This document shows, piece by piece, positions 7,615 through 17,140 of a DNA stretch of 29,331 bases (its first letter is position 1; each line of letters begins with the position of its first letter). The translations under genes and the position numbers were made by a program. Source of the DNA: a virus. Lineage: Duplodnaviria; Caudoviricetes. Where the stretch lies: positions 1 through 29,331 of IMG/VR virus record IMGVR_UViG_3300037308_000316, one strand, 5' to 3'. Below the pieces are notes generated by a model that was not told the DNA's origin, made no database searches, and worked only from the letters and a program-made list of their open reading frames with translations.

Positions 7615-8589
7615 ATGGCAGACACAGTTCTACGCTATCCCGGCGATGTTGCCAACTTCAACAAGTGGCTCCGCTTTGACGTGCGGAAAGGTCGTCACGT
7701 CGGCCGCGCCGGCGCTGGTGAGGGTGCGGGAAAGGATGAAGTCGTGATGGCGGCTGCGCTCTATCTCCCGACGAGCGCACTTCGTTCGCAGATGTCAGTG
7801 ACCTACGACACGACCGAGTTCTCTGGTATGATGATGGAGATGGCCGCGCAGACCATCGAGAAGATCGCGTCCATGAATACGGGGCAGAACATCATGGAGC
7901 AAGCGAAGGGTGTCGGGGACACCGCGCTCGGAACACTCGGACAGTTTACCAAAGACGTGGATGCGGGCACAATGGGTGAGTTCGTCAAGAGGGCAGCCGC
8001 ATCAGGACTCGTCGGGAAGTTTGGTACACAGATTGAAGCCGGCCCGGGGCAGAAAGTCAATCCCCGCACGGATATCTTGTTTTCCACACAGCAGTTTCGG
8101 GAATGGACATTTGAATACATCATGATCCCGCGCACGTATGACGAGGCGGTCGCCATCGGAAAGATCGTCAACATGTTCCGGTTCTACATGCTCCCTGTAT
8201 ATCTTAACGCAGACGCAAAGCTCGGCCCCAAAGCTGCCTACATGATGGGCTATCCCTATGAGTGGACTATCAACTTGTTTGGGAGTGATGCGTATGGTCC
8301 ATTCCAGTTGGAAACCAATACGGCGGCTGGTGGCAACGTTGAGCCCCCGCAGTTTGACGCTCTCCGGAACGCGAATCGTATCGGACGTTGTGTGTTGAAA
8401 AACCTCACTGTTGACCAGGCGGCTGGTGGGAAGGTCGCGTTTGTCAGTAAGAAGGGTCCGAAAGAACTGTTCCCATTGGTTACGTCAATGACGTTGGACT
8501 TTCAGGAAGTCATGCTGTTGGGTCGCGACCAGCGTTACATGGTGGGTGCGGACGATAAGGCGCAGTTCCCTGATCCACGAGCGGAATAA
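7615..8589 (+). CDS. gp48: Baseplate tail tube cap
   Basis: LRYP, LYLP, VNPRTDILF...FREWTFEYIMIPRTYDEA...IVNMFRFYMLP, CVLKNLTVD, MTLDFQE. Precedes gp53. Confidence 0.88.
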   Translation: MADTVLRYPGDVANFNKWLRFDVRKGRHVGRAGAGEGAGKDEVVMAAALYLPTSALRSQMSVTYDTTEFSGMMMEMAAQTIEKIASMNTGQNIMEQAKGVGDTALGTLGQFTKDVDAGTMGEFVKRAAASGLVGKFGTQIEAGPGQKVNPRTDILFSTQQFREWTFEYIMIPRTYDEAVAIGKIVNMFRFYMLPVYLNADAKLGPKAAYMMGYPYEWTINLFGSDAYGPFQLETNTAAGGNVEPPQFDALRNANRIGRCVLKNLTVDQAAGGKVAFVSKKGPKELFPLVTSMTLDFQEVMLLGRDQRYMVGADDKAQFPDPRAE

Positions 8590-8592
8590 GAC

Positions 8593-9114
8593 ATGAACTA
8601 CTTCAAATACTTCCCGCGTGTTCCGTATCGGTATACCGGCAACAACTCCAACTGGTCGGTGAACCTGACCAACATTACGTGTCACGCGATCCTCTTGGAG
8701 AAGGTTAAGCAACAGGTGACCGCATTTCATCCGTATGTGGTGCAGGATGGAGAGCGTCCGGACACGGTCGCAACGAAGGTGTATGGTGGACCGGAGTTCA
8801 CTTGGATTGTGCTTGTCGTGAACAACATTCTTACGTTGTTTGATTGGCCTCTGACAGAGTATGAGTTCAATCGTTATATCAACAGCAAGTATGGGTCCCA
8901 GGCAGCCGCAACAGCGATCACTTACTATTTGACGGTTGATGGTCGGTATGTGGATGCGACGACGTATGCGCTCCTTCCCCTTGAACGGAAAGGAAGCACG
9001 CGAACTGCATGGGAGGACGAGGTCTTTAAGAACGAAGCAAAGCGCGCCATTCGCGTTGTGCCCCGGCAGTTTGCTCCGCTCCTGCAGGCGGAACTTGAGC
9101 AGGCGTTTAGCTAA
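8593..9114 (+). CDS. gp53: Baseplate wedge protein (LysM-like)
   Basis: YFKYFPRVPY, YVVQDGERPDTVATKVYG...WIVLVVNNI...DWPL...YINSKYG, NEAKRAI. Confidence 0.92.
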   Translation: MNYFKYFPRVPYRYTGNNSNWSVNLTNITCHAILLEKVKQQVTAFHPYVVQDGERPDTVATKVYGGPEFTWIVLVVNNILTLFDWPLTEYEFNRYINSKYGSQAAATAITYYLTVDGRYVDATTYALLPLERKGSTRTAWEDEVFKNEAKRAIRVVPRQFAPLLQAELEQAFS

Positions 9115-10502
9115 TGGCTATCATCCACACTGAACCGCGTCAGGTCCGGATCACCGGATGTTCCATCTACTCTCCGGGGTTAGAAAAGCGCGTCAAGAAC
9201 GGAGAGCAAGGTGTAGATGTGTCGTCGTTCCTTCAGCAGGTGGACATCTATGAGAGCATCTTCGACAACACAATCAGCGGGAGTATTGTGTTGCTGGAAA
9301 ATATCGGTCTGATTGAACTGATTCCCATTATTGGTGTTGAGTATCTGTGGTTTTCGTTTGAGACGGAGGACGACAAGGGTGAGGTGCGAAAGTTCGCTCG
9401 CCAGTTCCGCGTCGTCAAGGTGCGGGACGTGTCGTATCCCCGACACGATTATCGTCTATTCTCACTAGACCTTTTGACGCAAGAGTTCGTAGCTAGTATT
9501 TCACAACGCATCTCCCGCCAATATGAGAAAAAGACCGTCAAAGAGGCAGTGCAGGATATCCTGAAGAAGGATCTCTTGGTCGACAAACCCAAGATGCTAG
9601 AGGACACGAACGGAAAGATCACTGTTACGATCCCCAACTATACTCCGCTCCAAGCAATCAACTTCCTGTCGCTGCTCGGGCAAACGAAGGACAAGAAGGA
9701 ATCAAACTTCGTGTTCTTTGAAACGCTGGAGGGGTTCCATTTTACTAGCATCTCCAAACTCATCAAGGACGGAAAGAAGGCCGCCGGCAATATAACGTTC
9801 ATGATTGACCCGGGGAACATTACTGGCGTAGACAAGAGCGATGACGAGACGGTGCGGAACGGAGTGTCCCGTATCTATCAAGAACAGACCGCAGACGTGC
9901 TCGTGGACATCGCCGGGGGAATGCTTCGAAGTCAGATGATTCACTTTGATTTCCTTGCCCGTAAGATTGAGCACACTGAAGATTCCCGATACACAGAGAC
10001 GTTCAAGAAAACGGAACACCTAGGTGAAGAACCCGTGTATCCACCGAACTTTGACCACGGTCTCAAGAAGAACGTCCGGACATTCACGGTGCCAACCAAC
10101 GTGTGGTCCGTCAAGGGTACGTGGATGAAGAAGACGGACCCCGACACTCCAGAGCAAAGGCTCCATGAAGCGATTGTGCTCCACAATCGACAGATGCGGG
10201 AGATTACGCACATCCAGACGCTTATTGAGTTGCCTGGACATCCGGACATTCATGCGGGGTCGGTGATGAACATCCAGTATCCATCAACGCGCCCCATGCA
10301 GGATGCTACGTTGTCCATCACGGATTCGTTTCCACAAAAGGAAACACCCCTGTTCACGGGCCCGCATTTGGTGACTTCTGTGCGGCATAAAATGTCGCCA
10401 GTCGGGGGCGGACAGTTTGATTACCAAATGCACTTGAAAGTGTGTTCGGACTCGCACCGCACGAAGGCGTTGTCGTTCGCGGAAGGTGAACTCTATGAAT
10501 AA
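9114..10502 (+). CDS. Baseplate hub protein (gp27-like)
   Basis: IYESIFDNTISGSIVL, IPIIGVE, IPNYTPLQAINFL, FVFFETLEGFHFTSISKL, TGPHLVTSVRH. Located between gp53 and gp5. Confidence 0.75.
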   Translation: MAIIHTEPRQVRITGCSIYSPGLEKRVKNGEQGVDVSSFLQQVDIYESIFDNTISGSIVLLENIGLIELIPIIGVEYLWFSFETEDDKGEVRKFARQFRVVKVRDVSYPRHDYRLFSLDLLTQEFVASISQRISRQYEKKTVKEAVQDILKKDLLVDKPKMLEDTNGKITVTIPNYTPLQAINFLSLLGQTKDKKESNFVFFETLEGFHFTSISKLIKDGKKAAGNITFMIDPGNITGVDKSDDETVRNGVSRIYQEQTADVLVDIAGGMLRSQMIHFDFLARKIEHTEDSRYTETFKKTEHLGEEPVYPPNFDHGLKKNVRTFTVPTNVWSVKGTWMKKTDPDTPEQRLHEAIVLHNRQMREITHIQTLIELPGHPDIHAGSVMNIQYPSTRPMQDATLSITDSFPQKETPLFTGPHLVTSVRHKMSPVGGGQFDYQMHLKVCSDSHRTKALSFAEGELYE

Positions 10503-10896
10503 CGACCCGCAGTCCTTTCACGTCGGGATGGACGGATTTTATTGGTTCATTGGGGTCGTGGAATCTCTAGAGGACCCCATGAAGGTGGGACGCTGCAAGG
10601 TTCGCATCATCGGTTGGCATGATGCAGACAAAGCTAAGTTGTCCACAAACGAGCTTCCGTGGTCGTATCCTGTGCTCCCGATTACGCAAGCGACTGTGAT
10701 GCCTAACTACAAAAACGGGGACTGGGTTGTTGGGTTCTTCCTTGACGGACGACTCGGGCAGCAGCCCATGCTGTTTGGTGTGCTTCCTGCCGCACCAACT
10801 GCGTCGGGACTTCTCGGAAACCTTGTAAAGAAGGTCGCCAAGAACGCGGTGCTTTCCGCATTCGGTGTTCCGCCCGGCGTCATCCCAGGTACGTAA
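10495..10896 (+). CDS. gp5: gp5 N-terminal OB-fold domain as a stand-alone ORF
   Basis: GMDGFYWFIGVVE...DPMKVGRCKVRIIGWH...ELPW...GDWVVGFFLDG...QQPMLFGVLP. The ATG at 10495 overlaps the end of the hub gene. Confidence 0.85.
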   Translation: MNNDPQSFHVGMDGFYWFIGVVESLEDPMKVGRCKVRIIGWHDADKAKLSTNELPWSYPVLPITQATVMPNYKNGDWVVGFFLDGRLGQQPMLFGVLPAAPTASGLLGNLVKKVAKNAVLSAFGVPPGVIPGT

Positions 10897-10899
10897 GCC

Positions 10900-12897
10900 A
10901 TGCCAAATTTTGGATTCTTTGACGCTCGCACTGACGCCGAATTGTTGTTGGCACCCCATGTGCCACTCAAGCGCATCAATATCGATATTAGCTCCCTCAA
11001 GTTAGACATCGGGGGACTTGCGCCCCTTCCGGGTGCGATCAGCGGAATGAGCGGGATCACGGGCGCGATTCGCGGAGCCTTCACATCCGCGACGATTGCG
11101 AAGTCCGTTACGTCGTCGTTTGCGAGCGCCCTGAACATTGCCTATTCCGACTACCAAAAGGGATTCAACATCGCTGCGTCTGTTGACCCGATGTTCCTGA
11201 AGAATTCCGGTGTGTCGGTCAGTATTCCGGGGCTAGGAGTCGCGGCCAGCGCCGCCGGTGTGGACATCGCAGCACAGATTCCGGGGGCGCAGCAGTTCGT
11301 TCAGTTCTCCGCACTTCGTCCTGGTCAGGTACCCGGGCTCGCGCAAGCAGCGGCTGTGCGAGAACGCATGAGTCAGGTGCAGGGGCTCGCGTCTCGGTTC
11401 TCTAGTTTGGGTAACGCTCCCGTGGGGAGTGGTGTGCAGATTATGGAGAACATGGCACGGTCTGTGTATCCGCACACAGACCAGTTGAATATCCCATCGT
11501 TTGCTCGACTCGCCACTGGTGGCGTGGTCGCGATGGGAGAGAACATCCTGAAAGACAAGCGGAAGTTTGTTGTGCGCGGGGTCAAGGTCGCGACTGGTAA
11601 ACCTGGATTCTGGTCCCGTCTCAAGACGCTAGCCCAGAATTTAGTTGCGCCTACGATTTCTGGAGCCGTTGGCCAGATGTTCACCGACTCTTTCAATTCA
11701 GGAGGTTGGAGCGAACCGGCACCACCATACAAGGCGCAATATCCCTTCAACAAGGCGCAACAAACGGAGGCGGGGCACATCTTTGAGCTAGACGACACAC
11801 CTGGTGCGGAACGTATCCACATCTTCCACCGTTCGGGATCATTCATCGAGTTCCACCCGAATGGCACTGTTGTCTACAAGAGCATGAAGGACAACTATCA
11901 GTTGACGATGAAGGACCAGAATGTCAAGGTGTCCGGTAAGTGCAACATCTATGTTGGGGGCAATACGACGCTCTACAGCAAGGGTAACATTGATATCGAG
12001 ACGAAGGGTGAGTTTAACGTCCATTGCAAGAAGGACTTCAACGTGTTCGCGAAGAACATCAACATGCGAGCAAAGCAGACCTTCAAGGCGGATGGCATTC
12101 TCATCAACCTTCGTTACATCAATCTCCCCTACCAAATTATCCCTGTGTGGGGCGCGCTGGTCCCGATGGTCAACCTCGCTGCGTATCGTATGGACTTCCC
12201 CACGGGCACGTTTGACCAGGTTGTGCAGGAATCGCTCAAGGGACCACTTGACGAAGGAATGCTCCCGCCACTTCTCAAGTTCCAGTCGGACGAGGAAGCG
12301 CTGTCGGGAGCAGGTGAACCAACGCAACTACCAGAGACATCGCTCTCCAACCCCGCGGTTTATGCGGTCAAGACGGCTGCTGCAAGCGCGTATCGTGCGC
12401 GTTTGTTTGATACACCAGAAGAAACAGAGAACTTCGAGATGTATTCCGCGCACATGGATTTGCAGGGTAAGTTAGATGGAGTAACAAGTGATACGCGAGC
12501 CCTGGGTGGAAAGCTCACCAATGTCGTGACGGAATCCGCGTCAGAACAGCCACCACGCGTGGAGTTCTTGGACTACTCACAGTTTGCGGGAAAGTTCAAC
12601 TATACTGCCACACAGACACTCGGGGATACGTCATTCACGTTTGCGGATCTCGTGGATACGGAGCACGCTTCCGACATCGTATCCGTTAAGAAGACGCCAC
12701 TGGATGCAGCAGTGGAACTTGGACGGGACGAAGGACAGGCGGGCCCACTCACCGCAAACAATACACCGCTCACAGTGCAGGGTGTGCTCGGAAGTGGTGG
12801 TGTGAGCGGGGGTCTCCCGACACAAGCAATTGGAGTGGGATACGAAGTGAGATCAAAGACAATTCCGGAAAGTGGAATGTTACCATGGCCATCCTAA
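10900..12897 (+). CDS. gp5: gp5 remainder: spike/beta-helix protein with a long C-terminal extension and no lysozyme domain
   Basis: GFFD...YP, WSEP...YPFNKAQQTEAGHIFELDDTPGAERIHIFHRSGSFIEFHPNG, then VxGxxxxx-type beta-helix repeats. Confidence 0.82.
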   Translation: MPNFGFFDARTDAELLLAPHVPLKRINIDISSLKLDIGGLAPLPGAISGMSGITGAIRGAFTSATIAKSVTSSFASALNIAYSDYQKGFNIAASVDPMFLKNSGVSVSIPGLGVAASAAGVDIAAQIPGAQQFVQFSALRPGQVPGLAQAAAVRERMSQVQGLASRFSSLGNAPVGSGVQIMENMARSVYPHTDQLNIPSFARLATGGVVAMGENILKDKRKFVVRGVKVATGKPGFWSRLKTLAQNLVAPTISGAVGQMFTDSFNSGGWSEPAPPYKAQYPFNKAQQTEAGHIFELDDTPGAERIHIFHRSGSFIEFHPNGTVVYKSMKDNYQLTMKDQNVKVSGKCNIYVGGNTTLYSKGNIDIETKGEFNVHCKKDFNVFAKNINMRAKQTFKADGILINLRYINLPYQIIPVWGALVPMVNLAAYRMDFPTGTFDQVVQESLKGPLDEGMLPPLLKFQSDEEALSGAGEPTQLPETSLSNPAVYAVKTAAASAYRARLFDTPEETENFEMYSAHMDLQGKLDGVTSDTRALGGKLTNVVTESASEQPPRVEFLDYSQFAGKFNYTATQTLGDTSFTFADLVDTEHASDIVSVKKTPLDAAVELGRDEGQAGPLTANNTPLTVQGVLGSGGVSGGLPTQAIGVGYEVRSKTIPESGMLPWPS

Positions 12898-14822
12898 ACC
12901 CTAATACCGGACGAGTTGTGCAGGGAGCAGCCCGCTCCTCTTGCGTTGTTGATGGAAATATCACGGTCGCGGGTTATGGTGGTCTCGCAAAGTGGTTAGA
13001 CGATGACACCGTGATCTATGTGACGGGGAACGTGCTAGACCCACTGGACCCCAACGAAGTGCGTGTAGAGTCTACCAATCTGGTTACCGGTAAGAAAGAA
13101 GTGCTCGCCAATCATGGTGCCGGCGTTCTTGAAGCTGGTGGTAGTCGGTGGTGCGGATGGCTTGGGGACGGCATAACAGGCTTGTTCGGTGACATTGCCG
13201 ACAGTTATGCCGGACTCCGGGGAGTTGGAAGCGACGGCACGATTGCCATTACGCCGGTATATTCAGACGGACTCGGATGTCGTCTCTACGCGACGGACGG
13301 ACGAATTACAGACGGTCCTAGAGAGGCTATGGCGGGTTTTAGGGTGCTCGGACCCACGTCCGCGATGTGGACGGTGGACGGAGAGATCAGGGCTCTCAAC
13401 GCTCGTGTACCCGTTGGCCAAGTCGGAAAAGTTCACCGTCCCAAGCGTGTCGTCATCAAGGAAGAAGAGTGGATTGTCTATGAATGCGGCATCGGCATCG
13501 TCGCACATCCTTACGACTCGTTACTTGGTTATCGTTTGAATGCCGTCGGGCAAGTGTTCTACATGGACGCGATTGCCTGGCAGAATAAGATACGCATCGC
13601 GTATGCCACGGATGAGTTTGACAGCCCAGCGGGACTCATCATTACGGAGATTGACGTAACCGTGCCCCGACTCCAGCTTCCGAACGTTGGGTCTGGTGGG
13701 AACTTTAAGAACATTGCGGACGTTGAGAAGCGCGTGTTCCTCACGGGAGGGTCCACCGCGGCGGCCGCGCCCCTCAATCCCAAGTCCGTTATTACCGCAC
13801 AGAACGGGCTCCTCGAAGACGAGATTGCGTATCGCTTGACGTTGCTTGCGACGAACATTCTTGAGCCCCTGAAGGCGCAGTATCCGCATATTCTTATCAA
13901 GAGTGGATTTCGGCAAGGAAACTCTGGCGTCGGACAGCATGAGCTTGGTGAGGCGGTGGATATCCAAATCAAGAACCAGGACGATGCGCTTCTGTATGAA
14001 TGCGCGTCGTGGATGCGGGACAACCTCGCGTTTGACCAACTCATTCTGAACTACACGAAGGCGGGCGACGGAAAGCCGTGGATTCACGTATCGTTCTCGC
14101 CCACGTCCCTGCGCGGAGAAGTGCTCACGAAGGACTACGCGGATCAGTTCCACGAAGGACTCGGGATGATTGAGGACTACACGGGGGAAGAGGCCGCGGC
14201 AATCAATCGTGCTCGGTCCGAGGTGGACAAGATGATTTTGGATAGCATGACAGCTATTCAGGCGCGGGACTCTCGCGGGAGCAAACAGACGATTGTAACA
14301 GATGAAGTGACGGACATGACCTCGGAGGTCGTTGTCAATAAGCCCAGACCAGAGTATGTGGATGTGATTCAGCGTATTGCTGATGTTATGAACCCCTACA
14401 TTCAGGGGTTGACAGACGAGGAAAAAGCGTTTCAGATTCTCATTCGCGTGGTGTGGCAACTCCGGGGAGAGGGCGTTGGACTCACGGTGACGCCGGTTAA
14501 CTCGCGGGGCGTGCAGCTTGCGGACGACCAAGAGGATTTCTTCATCAACTACCGGGGTGAACGGGGGAACGCCGGGGGCTGGCCAGGATTCAATGCCGGG
14601 GGCTACAACCTATCCGGTCAATGGGTAGGCTATTCCAACGGACTCCTTTACCAGATTCTTGGCCCCCGTGGAGTGTTTGTTCCGCAGTGGACGCCGGCGC
14701 CCCGCACAGCCAATTCGTCAAACATCGTGACAACCTCCCGCTGGAAGGCGCCAATTGACCCTGGAGATGAGTTTACGACCGAATGGCGGTCCATTACGAT
14801 AGATCCTACGAAGACGAGCTAA
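12885..14822 (+). CDS. Multidomain protein with a central peptidase M15A (Zn peptidoglycan peptidase) domain
   Basis: LATNILEPLK...IKSGFR...QHELGEAVDI...FDQLIL...WIHVSF (H-x6-D...H zinc ligands). The N-terminal beta-rich region and C-terminal region are unassigned. Confidence 0.78.
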   Translation: MAILNPNTGRVVQGAARSSCVVDGNITVAGYGGLAKWLDDDTVIYVTGNVLDPLDPNEVRVESTNLVTGKKEVLANHGAGVLEAGGSRWCGWLGDGITGLFGDIADSYAGLRGVGSDGTIAITPVYSDGLGCRLYATDGRITDGPREAMAGFRVLGPTSAMWTVDGEIRALNARVPVGQVGKVHRPKRVVIKEEEWIVYECGIGIVAHPYDSLLGYRLNAVGQVFYMDAIAWQNKIRIAYATDEFDSPAGLIITEIDVTVPRLQLPNVGSGGNFKNIADVEKRVFLTGGSTAAAAPLNPKSVITAQNGLLEDEIAYRLTLLATNILEPLKAQYPHILIKSGFRQGNSGVGQHELGEAVDIQIKNQDDALLYECASWMRDNLAFDQLILNYTKAGDGKPWIHVSFSPTSLRGEVLTKDYADQFHEGLGMIEDYTGEEAAAINRARSEVDKMILDSMTAIQARDSRGSKQTIVTDEVTDMTSEVVVNKPRPEYVDVIQRIADVMNPYIQGLTDEEKAFQILIRVVWQLRGEGVGLTVTPVNSRGVQLADDQEDFFINYRGERGNAGGWPGFNAGGYNLSGQWVGYSNGLLYQILGPRGVFVPQWTPAPRTANSSNIVTTSRWKAPIDPGDEFTTEWRSITIDPTKTS

Positions 14823-14825
14823 ATA
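14819..14825 (+). promoter_or_regulatory. T4-like late promoter (CTAAATA) for gp25
   Basis: CTAAATA overlaps the upstream TAA stop and lies 5 nt before ATG 14831. Confidence 0.72.
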
Positions 14826-14830
14826 CTAGT

Positions 14831-15235
14831 ATGGCAGATGTTGTCTTTCAGAACGTTCGGGAGTATAAGGACATCTCGTTGTCGATGGCGATGAACCCCG
14901 TCACCAACGACATCGTGGCGCTAACGGGTGCGGCCGCGGTTATCCGTGCTATCAAGGTGCTTCTGTCTACGCACGCTGGAGAAGTGCCGTTTTTCCCATC
15001 GTTCGCGACCAGCCTCAAGCGACTTCTTTTTGAGCCGATTGACGCGATCACGACAAGTATGATTGAGACGGAGCTTCGGACAGTGATCGATACGTATGAA
15101 CCGAGAGCGCGAGTCATCACACTGGTGGCTATTCCGGACGAAGAGAACAACGCTTACAGGATTGACTTGGAGATTGAGATCATCAGCACGGCACAATCCG
15201 CGACGTTCAGTGTCTTTTTGAAGCGCATCAGATAA
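14831..15235 (+). CDS. gp25: Baseplate wedge subunit/sheath initiator
   Basis: YKDISLS...NPVTNDI...GEVPFFPSF...LLFEPID...YEPRA. The start is set at ATG 14831 after the late promoter. Confidence 0.92.
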   Translation: MADVVFQNVREYKDISLSMAMNPVTNDIVALTGAAAVIRAIKVLLSTHAGEVPFFPSFATSLKRLLFEPIDAITTSMIETELRTVIDTYEPRARVITLVAIPDEENNAYRIDLEIEIISTAQSATFSVFLKRIR

Positions 15236-15244
15236 GAGAGATTC

Positions 15245-17137
15245 ATGCCAACACCAACTCAAATCAACATCGCTGAACTCGACTATGATGTGATTCTGGA
15301 GAATCTAGTCGCGTTCATGAAAACAGACCCGGAGTTCACGGACTACGACTTTGCGGGTAGCGGTCTTCGACTCCTCTCTCGCGTGCTGGCGTATGTCATT
15401 TTCTACCAGAACTACTATCTGTCCGCGGCGGTGAACGAATCATTCCTCGACACCGCGCAGCTACGGAGTTCTGTCGCGTCTCATGCGCGGATGCTCGGGT
15501 ATGAGATTTCGGGGACCAAATCCGCTCGTCTCTATGCAAACGTTGCCATTCAACTGGAGAACACGGATGCTTCAACCGTGATGCTCCCGCGTTTGACGCA
15601 GTTCACGTTGTCTGCCAACAGCGATATTGTGTTTCACAATCCTGACGATGAGATTCTGACCGCAAACACAGAGTCCGGTTACTACGAGAACCAAAACGTG
15701 TTGCTCGTTGAGGGCACTCCATTAGAATACCGGTTTGTCGTGACGACGGACCCCACGCAACGATTCGTCATTCCAAACGCAAACATTGACTATGGTACGA
15801 TTCGCGTGACAGTGCAGGAAACGGAAAACAGCAACGTCTATACGACATTTAACCGCGCAACGAATTACTTGACGATTGGACCAAATGATGCGGTGTTCTT
15901 CGTGCAGGAGAGCTACGATGGCTATCCGGAACTCAAGTTCGGAAATGACGTGATCGGTGCTGCCTTGGACGTAGGAAACGTCATCGTAGCGGAGTATTTC
16001 ATCAGCAAGGGTACCGGGGGCAACAACGTTCGGGGCCCGTTCACTATCGGGGACGCAAACATTACGGGGTTCTCGCGGGGCGCGACGTATGCGGATTCGA
16101 ACACGGAACCCAGCCTTGGGGGAACAGATGCCGAGACGCTCGACAACGCACGCTTCATGGCCCCGCTTGTCTACCAAGCCCAAAACCGCTGCGTTACCGC
16201 AGAGGACTATAAAGCCATTATCCTCCAAGAATACGGTGAGCACATTGCTGCGATCAACGTCTTCGGGGGCGAAGAGGGGAACCCGCTAGACCCCCTCAAC
16301 CGTCCACAGTTCGGACACGTCTACATCGTGCTCAAACCCAAGGTGGGGATGAAGTTCACGGACACGATCCGTGCGTTCATTGAGAACGACATCATCAAGC
16401 CACATACGGTTATCGGGGTGCTCCCAAGCGTCATTGACCCGGACTACGTGTATATGCGTGTCATCACGTCTGTTCGCTACGACCCCCGCCAGACAACGCG
16501 CACGAAGATTCAATTGGAGCAAGCGGTCAAGGATAGCGTATCTGCGTATGCCGAGGAGCATATAGAGAAGTTTGATACATCGTTCCGGTTCTCCAAGTTT
16601 ACTCGCGTCATTGACGATACAGATGAAGCGATTGTGAGTAGTTTGACTCGCGTAGACCTGGAGAAGCGCATCTATCCAGAACTCGGAGTGTCTAACCAGT
16701 TCACGCTCAAGTTCGGTGCACCTATCCGTCGCACCGGTGCGGAGTCCGTCATTCTGGAGGCGCTGTCGCATCGCTTTGACTACACCGCGGACGTGGGTGG
16801 CCAGACGGTACCTAACTGTTTCCTCTATGAACAGCTTGGTATCATCTACGTCGCGCACCGCACGAACGCGGGAGAGATTGCGACAATTACCGGGAGCATC
16901 GGGACAGTAGATGTAGACACTGGACTTGTCATCCTGAACAATTTCGCTCCTCTGGCGATTGAGAACGGGGAGCTTGATGTGCGGATTGAGGTCGTGCCAG
17001 CCGCGTTTGACTTTACGCCGACGTTGAACCAATTGTTCACGCTGGACGATACAGATATTCAGGTGCAGCTCTTGAACGACTTGACGGCTACACTAGAGGA
17101 TCAACAGGACTTCTTTGCGGGTGGGATTCTCCCATAA
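15245..17137 (+). CDS. gp6: Baseplate wedge subunit
   Basis: ELDYD...EFTDYDFAGSGL...NESFLDTAQLRSSVASHARMLGY, FGNDVIG, AQNRCVTAEDY, FRFSKF. Confidence 0.93.
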   Translation: MPTPTQINIAELDYDVILENLVAFMKTDPEFTDYDFAGSGLRLLSRVLAYVIFYQNYYLSAAVNESFLDTAQLRSSVASHARMLGYEISGTKSARLYANVAIQLENTDASTVMLPRLTQFTLSANSDIVFHNPDDEILTANTESGYYENQNVLLVEGTPLEYRFVVTTDPTQRFVIPNANIDYGTIRVTVQETENSNVYTTFNRATNYLTIGPNDAVFFVQESYDGYPELKFGNDVIGAALDVGNVIVAEYFISKGTGGNNVRGPFTIGDANITGFSRGATYADSNTEPSLGGTDAETLDNARFMAPLVYQAQNRCVTAEDYKAIILQEYGEHIAAINVFGGEEGNPLDPLNRPQFGHVYIVLKPKVGMKFTDTIRAFIENDIIKPHTVIGVLPSVIDPDYVYMRVITSVRYDPRQTTRTKIQLEQAVKDSVSAYAEEHIEKFDTSFRFSKFTRVIDDTDEAIVSSLTRVDLEKRIYPELGVSNQFTLKFGAPIRRTGAESVILEALSHRFDYTADVGGQTVPNCFLYEQLGIIYVAHRTNAGEIATITGSIGTVDVDTGLVILNNFAPLAIENGELDVRIEVVPAAFDFTPTLNQLFTLDDTDIQVQLLNDLTATLEDQQDFFAGGILP

Positions 17138-17140
17138 CCT

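Noticed and set aside
10894-10896. Genome-wide stop-codon reassignment as the explanation for split genes
   Set aside because: TAA and TAG end well-conserved genes at their expected C-termini (gp6, gp8, gp32), TGA also ends ORFs at plausible junctions, and long genes are intact under the standard code.
13521-14531. 336-aa minus-strand ORF
   Set aside because: It is antisense to the M15 peptidase gene, with no recognisable motif or expression signals.
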